Positions 8,852 through 15,800 of a stretch of 31,776 nt of DNA are shown here, in pieces; the first letter of the stretch is position 1, and every line of letters starts with the position of its first letter. This DNA comes from a virus (lineage: Duplodnaviria; Caudoviricetes). The notes beneath the pieces were generated by a model, which searched no databases, was not told where the DNA came from, and saw nothing but the letters and a program-made list of their open reading frames with translations. The stretch covers positions 1 to 31,776 of the IMG/VR virus record IMGVR_UViG_3300017707_001682. One strand, written 5' to 3'. The position numbers were made by a program, and so were the translations under genes.

Positions 8852-9258
8852 TGACAAAATCCATCACACAGTATCTCAGGCAGAAGTTGCCGAAGAACTT
8901 CGCTCGTTGGACTGACGAGGCGCTCGAGGACTACGTCATGTTCCACGTGGAACGCGAGCAGCTCATCGCTGTGCAGTCCGAAGGTCAGATTCACGCTGTC
9001 TTGATTGGCTGGCCCACCGAGGAGATGCAGGTGGAGTCGTTCCGATGGCAAGAGACGACAAAGCATGGAAGGTTTTGGTTCTGGGACCAGATCGCAGCAG
9101 ATACCCCGGAAGCGTTTATGATTGGCATCTCCGAATTTTTTTATCGTCGACCGGAATCCGTACAGCTCCCCTCATTCGGCATCCGACATGGCAAGATTCG
9201 CACGTTCAAACCAGTTCTGAATATCTACCACAAGGGAAACGAAATCTATGGGCACTAG
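8851..9258 (+). CDS. Putative degenerate GNAT-fold protein (position of T7 gp13-like internal virion protein A)
   Basis: 135-aa alpha/beta pattern (helix, 'LIAVQSEGQIHAVLIGW', 'FWFWDQIAA') located between tail and ejection genes. The fold is inferred. Confidence 0.4.
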   Translation: MTKSITQYLRQKLPKNFARWTDEALEDYVMFHVEREQLIAVQSEGQIHAVLIGWPTEEMQVESFRWQETTKHGRFWFWDQIAADTPEAFMIGISEFFYRRPESVQLPSFGIRHGKIRTFKPVLNIYHKGNEIYGH

Positions 9259-10042
9259 CATCGAAGCACCTCCTCCTCGCAACTACGGGCAGGAAACGCG
9301 AGACACGCTACAGGCGCAGATCGACCTGGCACCGGCACGCTACGCTGCAGAGGCCGAGTATGCTCCAAGGTATGCTGCCCTGAACGCTCAGATTGCACGG
9401 CAGTTGGCTCCCGAGATCACGGCGATCTATGGGCAGATGGCTCCGGAACTGGCGAAAACCGAGGCGCAGGCCCGAGGCATCTCGCGTGCGGCGGACATCG
9501 GTGACATTGAGACGCTGGGTCCTCGTGCTCGTGAGGCTATTCGAGCTTCCTCTCCGGAGGCAGCCAGGCTGGCCGACACGATGACTCAGCAGGCCCAGTC
9601 AGCTCTGGCCGCTGGATCACGTCTGACACCGGAACAACAACGCATGGCGCAGCAGCAGACTCGATCGGCTATGGCCGCCAGGGGTCTTGCGGAGAGTCCA
9701 AGGGGCGTCGTCGAGGAAGCGGTGCGGTCGCAGATGATGGGCGCCGGGCTCCAGCAGCAACGTCAGCAGCAGGCTATGGGAGCTCTGGCAGCCGAACGTG
9801 GCGTCTACGGTGACGTGTTCCAGCAGGTGCTTGGACGTCCTTCGCAAGCCTTTGGAATGCTCCCGACAGCATTTGGTCAGGGCCAGCAGATGGGACCCGG
9901 GATGCTTTTCAATCCGGAAAGCCAGTACGCTGCCGACATCTACGGTGGGAACGCCCAACAACAGCTTGCAGCTAGGACAGCCAGTGCGGCTAACACGACA
10001 GCTCTAATCGGCGCAGGAATCGGTGCTGCAGGATCTCTATGA
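9248..10042 (+). CDS. Ejection / DNA pilot-like protein
   Basis: Starts MG; A/Q-rich helical; 'MAARGL' motif; Gly/Ala hydrophobic C-terminus 'ALIGAGIGAAGSL'. Confidence 0.65.
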   Translation: MGTSIEAPPPRNYGQETRDTLQAQIDLAPARYAAEAEYAPRYAALNAQIARQLAPEITAIYGQMAPELAKTEAQARGISRAADIGDIETLGPRAREAIRASSPEAARLADTMTQQAQSALAAGSRLTPEQQRMAQQQTRSAMAARGLAESPRGVVEEAVRSQMMGAGLQQQRQQQAMGALAAERGVYGDVFQQVLGRPSQAFGMLPTAFGQGQQMGPGMLFNPESQYAADIYGGNAQQQLAARTASAANTTALIGAGIGAAGSL

Positions 10043-10368
10043 ACTACGGGTATTCTCAACAATTCCAAGGCGGGTTCGGTAGGTACGGAATGCCTCAGCA
10101 GTACCAGGCGCCGTCAATGACTGGTCCGCAGGGCACTTCTATGCTCGGACGCTATGCTCAGGGGCTGGATCGTCGAGTTGGAGAAGTTGCCTTCATGCGC
10201 GAGCAGGGATTCACCGATGACGAGATCCGCAAGGCGGGTTTCGATCCCGAACTCGAGAGCTCCATGATGTCCAAATACGGCGGCCTGCTGAACCAGCGTG
10301 ACTCCATGAAAGAGGACATGATCTTCGGCATCGAGTCGGGAGCGAAGTACCTTGGCAAAGCACTGTGA
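10039..10368 (+). CDS. Small G/Q/M-rich putative ejection protein
   Basis: ATGA-coupled, low-complexity. Its N-terminal 'YGYS' is shared with 11119. Confidence 0.5.
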   Translation: MNYGYSQQFQGGFGRYGMPQQYQAPSMTGPQGTSMLGRYAQGLDRRVGEVAFMREQGFTDDEIRKAGFDPELESSMMSKYGGLLNQRDSMKEDMIFGIESGAKYLGKAL

Positions 10369-10694
10369 TCTCGAGATTCCAGCGATGTGTCGGGTTCCGG
10401 CTGTTCCGGCTCTTCCGCTGGCAGCTTGAGATCTGGTGCTGTCCGAAAGGCGAGGTCATTCCTCTTCACGTCCACGAGCACTGCGATTCACGCATCACGC
10501 ACTGGGTCGGGAACGTCGAGTGGATGATGGGCGACAAGCGGCGAACACTCTCCATCAACAACATCGGTTGGACTCGTCACGTTCCTGCAGGGGCTGTGCA
10601 TGGGGCCAAGGTCCATTCGTTCTCGATCTTCACGAACCTGGAGAAGTGGACTGGTCGACCATCGAGCGCAGCGGAGGACTTTCTGCTGGCATGA
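10365..10694 (+). CDS. Cupin-domain protein
   Basis: Cupin motif 1 'PKGEVIPLHVHEHCDS' and motif 2 'HVPAGAVHGA'. GTG start overlapping the upstream stop. Confidence 0.7.
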   Translation: MISRFQRCVGFRLFRLFRWQLEIWCCPKGEVIPLHVHEHCDSRITHWVGNVEWMMGDKRRTLSINNIGWTRHVPAGAVHGAKVHSFSIFTNLEKWTGRPSSAAEDFLLA

Positions 10695-11116
10695 AAGAGA
10701 TCCTGTCCATCTACCAGGATGCCTGCCTAGGTAATCAGAACGCGTTCGCCTTCATTGTGGCGTTCCACGGCTACTGTCACCAAATCGACGACCTGATCGA
10801 TGGAGATGTGGCCTACAGCCCTGAAAACCTGCTCAAAGTACTGATGGCAGCGAACACGCTCTACTCGACTCCATTCTACTTGGAACACGCGTGGAGACTG
10901 CAGCCTGTCATCGCGATGATCACGAACACGTACGCAGACAGCGTGGCCTGGGAGACTTCAGATGAGCCCTGGAAACAGCGTGTGGCGGACGTCATCAGAC
11001 AGTGTGGAAACGACATGATCCTGGCGGTGGCTTGGATTGTCGGTGGCTGGTCGCACGTGCGCTCAATTTCGCTTCGACTTCGTGAGGCTGCCTACCACGA
11101 TCAACACAAGGACTAG
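10691..11116 (+). CDS. All-alpha DDxxD protein, isoprenoid synthase/prenyltransferase-like (141 aa)
   Basis: 'HQIDDLIDGD' resembles the first aspartate-rich motif of class I isoprenoid synthases. True start is probably ATG 10691 (ATGA overlap), not 10436. Confidence 0.55.
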   Translation: MKEILSIYQDACLGNQNAFAFIVAFHGYCHQIDDLIDGDVAYSPENLLKVLMAANTLYSTPFYLEHAWRLQPVIAMITNTYADSVAWETSDEPWKQRVADVIRQCGNDMILAVAWIVGGWSHVRSISLRLREAAYHDQHKD

Positions 11117-11118
11117 AT

Positions 11119-12879
11119 ATGGCCACGTACGGATACTCGACACCTTACACCGGGACTCGACAGCCTGCACTCCCGCCTGGGTACATGGAGGCAGCCACCG
11201 CTCCGGGACGCAACCTGGCGGCAGGCATCGCACAGCTTGGTGCTGGTATCGGTCAGGCCATCCAGAGGTATCAGACAAGCAAGGCCGAGAACGAGGCGGC
11301 TACGCAGACCTTCGAGACGTTGAGCGGCATGGCCCAGCAGGCTCTGGCGTCCGACCCTAGCTATCAGGCGCTGCAGAACTACTACGAGACTGGACAGCTT
11401 CCTCAAGGCGTCACGGAGGCGGACCTGCAACGGTTCAGCAAGAAGGCCGAGGCGGACCGTTCCATGCTGAATCGGATGGTTGGTCTGGGCGAGAAGTTCG
11501 GCGACATGAGCGTGGCTAAGAAAAAGGCTGCGATCGGCGACATGGCGATGGTGCTCCAGCAGTATCAGCAGCGTGGAGAGGCCGAGATGAAGCGTGAGGT
11601 CAACCAGCTCGCACTCGACAAGGCCCGGCGTGAGGCTGCAACAACCCGGAACATCGATGAGCTGACCCGGCGTGCAATGGGACTCCCGACCATGCGTACT
11701 GTGTCGGAACCAGTCGTCGATGTCATTCAAGCCAACCCGTGGCCCGAGGAACCGACCACCGCTGCACCTGCACAGCCGACAGCTTTGCCCACTGTTGCCG
11801 AGACTGCCGTCGTGAATCGGTACCTTCAGCAGGCCGGAGTCGCAGGTGAACAGCTCCGACGCGAAGCCGCTGCACGCGAGGCTGCGAACGTCATGCCTCC
11901 AGAGACTGGTCAGTACTTTGGATTCGGTGGTTTGGGTGGCGCTGCAGTGCGTCCGATACCGCTTCCTACCATGTCTCCAATGGAACGCGAGGTGGCACTC
12001 GAGAGATTCCGTCGCACCAGCGCCCAGGAGACTCAGAACATCAACGAGCTCCGTCGACAGGCTGACATCCTGGGTCGTGCTGCTGGCCAGACGTTGAAGG
12101 CTCCAGCGCAGGCTCCGACTCCTCAACCGGAACAGGCTCCAGAACCGGCAAAGCCCATGACCGAGAACCGCCTGCGTATGGTGTCCAGGCAAGAGGCTGT
12201 TCCATACGACGAGCTTCGTCAGGGCCTGGCCCAGTTCGCCACAGAGCGTGGAATGAATGCGGAGGCTTTCGGTTCCATTGACAAGGTCCTTGAGATGCGT
12301 GGAATTCAGAAGCCGCTCAAGGTTGAGTCTCAGCAGCTTCCAGGTGGTGCGCTGGTCATCCGTGCCGACAACAAGATCGAGATCCTGCCGCCTGCCAAGC
12401 CTGTCGAAGGCAAGCCACTGAACGATGCTCAAGGCAAGTCTGTCCAGTTTGCTGCTGGAATGAGGCTCAACAACGACACTATCAACAAGGTCATCGAGTC
12501 TGGCTACGTTCCCGGAGAACTGACTGAGTTCGGGGCAACTCCAAGTCGGCTCTGGACAGAGAATCGTAGAATCTACACGTCAGCCCGAGATGCTTGGATT
12601 GAGAACTTCCTGCGCGATCGTTCCGGAGCGGCTGTCACTCCAGAAGAGTATCCAGCAGCGATTCAGCAGTACTTCCCTCTCCCAGGTGACAGCGCCAAGG
12701 AGATCAAACGCAAGGCTCAGATGCGGCAGAACGCCTACAATTCAACCAGGGCCAAAATCGGGGAGAATGCAGACTACTACTTGAACCAAGCAATCGGTGG
12801 GGCTGAGGAAGTCAAGGCTCCCCAAGGTTCTGCAGTGTACCGTCTCGTTCGCGGCAAGGAAATCCAACCCGTCCAGTAA
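11119..12879 (+). CDS. Internal virion / ejection protein
   Basis: Amphipathic N-terminus 'GRNLAAGIAQLGAGIGQAI'. C-terminal 'LRDRSGAAV..EEY....QYFPLPGDS' domain typical of podophage ejection proteins. Confidence 0.65.
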   Translation: MATYGYSTPYTGTRQPALPPGYMEAATAPGRNLAAGIAQLGAGIGQAIQRYQTSKAENEAATQTFETLSGMAQQALASDPSYQALQNYYETGQLPQGVTEADLQRFSKKAEADRSMLNRMVGLGEKFGDMSVAKKKAAIGDMAMVLQQYQQRGEAEMKREVNQLALDKARREAATTRNIDELTRRAMGLPTMRTVSEPVVDVIQANPWPEEPTTAAPAQPTALPTVAETAVVNRYLQQAGVAGEQLRREAAAREAANVMPPETGQYFGFGGLGGAAVRPIPLPTMSPMEREVALERFRRTSAQETQNINELRRQADILGRAAGQTLKAPAQAPTPQPEQAPEPAKPMTENRLRMVSRQEAVPYDELRQGLAQFATERGMNAEAFGSIDKVLEMRGIQKPLKVESQQLPGGALVIRADNKIEILPPAKPVEGKPLNDAQGKSVQFAAGMRLNNDTINKVIESGYVPGELTEFGATPSRLWTENRRIYTSARDAWIENFLRDRSGAAVTPEEYPAAIQQYFPLPGDSAKEIKRKAQMRQNAYNSTRAKIGENADYYLNQAIGGAEEVKAPQGSAVYRLVRGKEIQPVQ

Positions 12880-15800
12880 ATGCCCTACACAGTCGAGATC
12901 CCCGGCGGTCGTGGAATAGTCGAGGTGGCTGATGACGTGCCGCTCGAGGAGGCTAGGCTTCAGATCGAGAAGCAGTTCCCTCCCAACGGTGCTGAGATCG
13001 CCGAACGACTTGCCGCGGAGCCCGACTACCAGCCGACCACTGAGGAGTTCCAGCTCTACAAGCAATACGCCAAAGAAAAGCAGACCAGCTTCATCGACTC
13101 GTTCGCTCAAGGGGTCGACTACATGCTCGGTGTCGCAGGTCGTGGCATTGCCGCTGGTGTCACAGAAGGCGCTGCGCTTAACCCAGCCAACTATCTCGAG
13201 GCAATGGGTCAGGGCACACAGCAGCTCTACGGGATGATCGCCCAGTCGCAGGATCCCAACAGCGCACTGTTCAAGCTCAAGGACCTGATCAACGGCACCG
13301 GAACGATCGAGTCTCAGCGTCAGCAGTTCATCGAGGCACGGAAGTTCAACCAGGACCTGGCCAAGTACGAGAGCGGTGAGTCGACCTTCCTGCCCAAGGA
13401 GATGGTCAACCCTGAGTACGTTCAGGCTGCCGCGATGATCCTCGATCCGACACTGGCCCTCCCCGGGCTGGGCGAGGTATTCGGTGCTGGCAAGCTGGCA
13501 ACCAAGGGTGTCGGTCTAGCTGCTCGAGGCGTCGGACGTGGCGTCAGTGCGCTAGCAAGGCCGGTTGAGACCGCGACCAAGGCAGGTGAGCGCATCCTGG
13601 CTGAGGCAATCAACGTGACTCCAGAGGGGCTGGCAACGGCTGCACGGACCACTGGTGTGGCTTCTGCACTCGGTGTGGCGCCAGCGGTTGGTGTTGTCGG
13701 TGCCGTACCCCTCATTGCAACTACTGCCCGGGAAGCTGGAGAAGCTCTGGCAACTGCTGGGTTGAACCTGATCAGTCAACCGTCTCGGATTGGACCGCTC
13801 GAGGCCATTGGACGCATCCCTGGCGCCAACCTACGGCAACGCACTCTCGGTGTCATCGGACAGTACGGTGGGGATGCTGCACTCGACATGGCTCTTCGGG
13901 CCACTGCTGGATCCATTGAGGGCGGTGCGATCGGTGCCGGTCTAGGTTACCTGGGAGGCGGAGAGGAAGGCGCCGGGTTCGGTGCTGGATCCGGTGCCAC
14001 GATGGGTGCTGCAGGTACAGCCGCGGCTCGTGGATATCAGAAGCTCACAGGCAAGGCAGCCCGGGAAGCTCGACAGGGAGACTTCGATCGGTACGTCGCA
14101 AGCCAGGACGAGAACACTGCTGGTCTGCTGCGTCAGATCGAGAGTCAACACGGCCTGGATGTCGCTTCCGGGTTCATGGACGCCACTGCACTGGTCCGTG
14201 GTCAGCTGGGGGACGTCAACGTGACGCTGCTCTCTGCTGAGGACTACAGGAAGCAGTTCGGCACAAACACTCGCGGTGTCCAGATTCCAGAGGCCGACAC
14301 GCCTGCCATCTACGTCAACGCAGACCTCTTCGGTGAGGGCAAGGGCGACTCCCCGCTCTACACGCTAGGTCACGAGCTGTTCCATGCTCTTGAGCGTTCA
14401 GAGCAGCTCTCCAGTCGTGCCAGTGACATCAAGGACGCTCTGGTCGGCAGCTATGTCGTCACGGACGGTGTCGCAACGAAGGTCACCAACGGTCTGTTCG
14501 ATGACGCTGAGGTCAATCGCAGGTTCAACGAATACCGAGACAAGCTGGCGCCACAACAGGCTGAGTCTCTCGCAGCGTACGACACCCCACAGAAGCGTGC
14601 GGACTTCGTTGCCTCCGAGATCGCTGCTGAGTACACAGGTGCCCTGTTCGCTGGCCAGAAGCCTGACTCTCTGCTGCGTGGATTCAGTGGTCTGACTAGG
14701 ACTCTGCTCGACCAGGCGCTGACCAAGAACGCCGACTCTGCTCTCAACCGGATCGCTCAACGCATCGAGAACACGTTCGGGCTGAAGCCGCTCGACTCGA
14801 TCCTGTTCCCGGACCTCAAGCAGGCCAGCCCCCAGGTGAACGCGATGCTGCGGGACCTGGTGCGTGCCCGACGCAAGCTCGACGAGAGGATCCTGGCTGC
14901 AGACTCGGAGCTCACCGGAGCCATCAAGCCAAGCGACATGGGAAATCCGATCGCCGCAAAGGTCGCCCAGGACTTCGGCATCGCGGAGCAGAACCCGGAC
15001 GGCACAACACGCTGGCTGACTGACGAAGAGATCAACGCACGCGAGTGGCGAGACAATCAGGCGGTCCAGGACATCCTTCTGACACGCCCGGGGGCTCGAC
15101 TGGTCGACGGTGTGATCCAGGGACGATTCTCGCCTGAGCAGCTCTCGGCCATCGAGCAGAGTCAGCAGGTGTCGTCTCGGATGAAGGACAAGATCCGGGC
15201 GGTCGCTGCGTCCATCAACAACGGCAACTCGATCTTCATCGACTACAACGCAGCAACGCGTCGGGTGAAGAACAAGATCACCGGAAAGCACACATCGAAG
15301 TACTCGAGCGGCATCCGGATGACTCAGCGTGAACTGCTTCCGTACGCGTTCTACTTCTCGAAGGCTGACAACCCGGTCATTAAGGCCATCGACCTGACGA
15401 AGGTTCGACGTGCTGTCGAGGGCTACGTTCGCAAGGACGGATCGGTCGCTGGCATCTGGGAGAACATGGACGGGTTCATGTCGGACCTGGCGAAGTATTT
15501 CACGAACCTCGACTCGCCTCGTCGTCAACCCAGCGCAGTCGCTCTCGATTCAGACGCGAAGGCCAAGTTCATGGGGGACCTGGTCAACGAGATGGAGAAG
15601 GACGGTCGCAAGTTCGTGCGTGATTTCCGACTGGACCGCATGGGCGCAGTGAGCCCAAGGAACTTCCGAGCCAGGATTTCCGAGGAGGCAATCAAGTTCT
15701 CAAAGATGCGTTGGATGCCCGGCGAGAACGTCGGAGATACAAAAGTCACAGGAAGCGAGGAAGGATACCGGATTGTCTCCAAGGACAAGAACAGACTCTA

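Noticed and set aside
10436-10690. N-terminal extensions in the ORF track (10436; likewise 2212, 25133, 26193, 29605)
   Set aside because: They overlap upstream genes or promoters. Downstream ATGs with stop/start coupling or typical context (10691, 2371, 25205, 26229, 29815) fit better.
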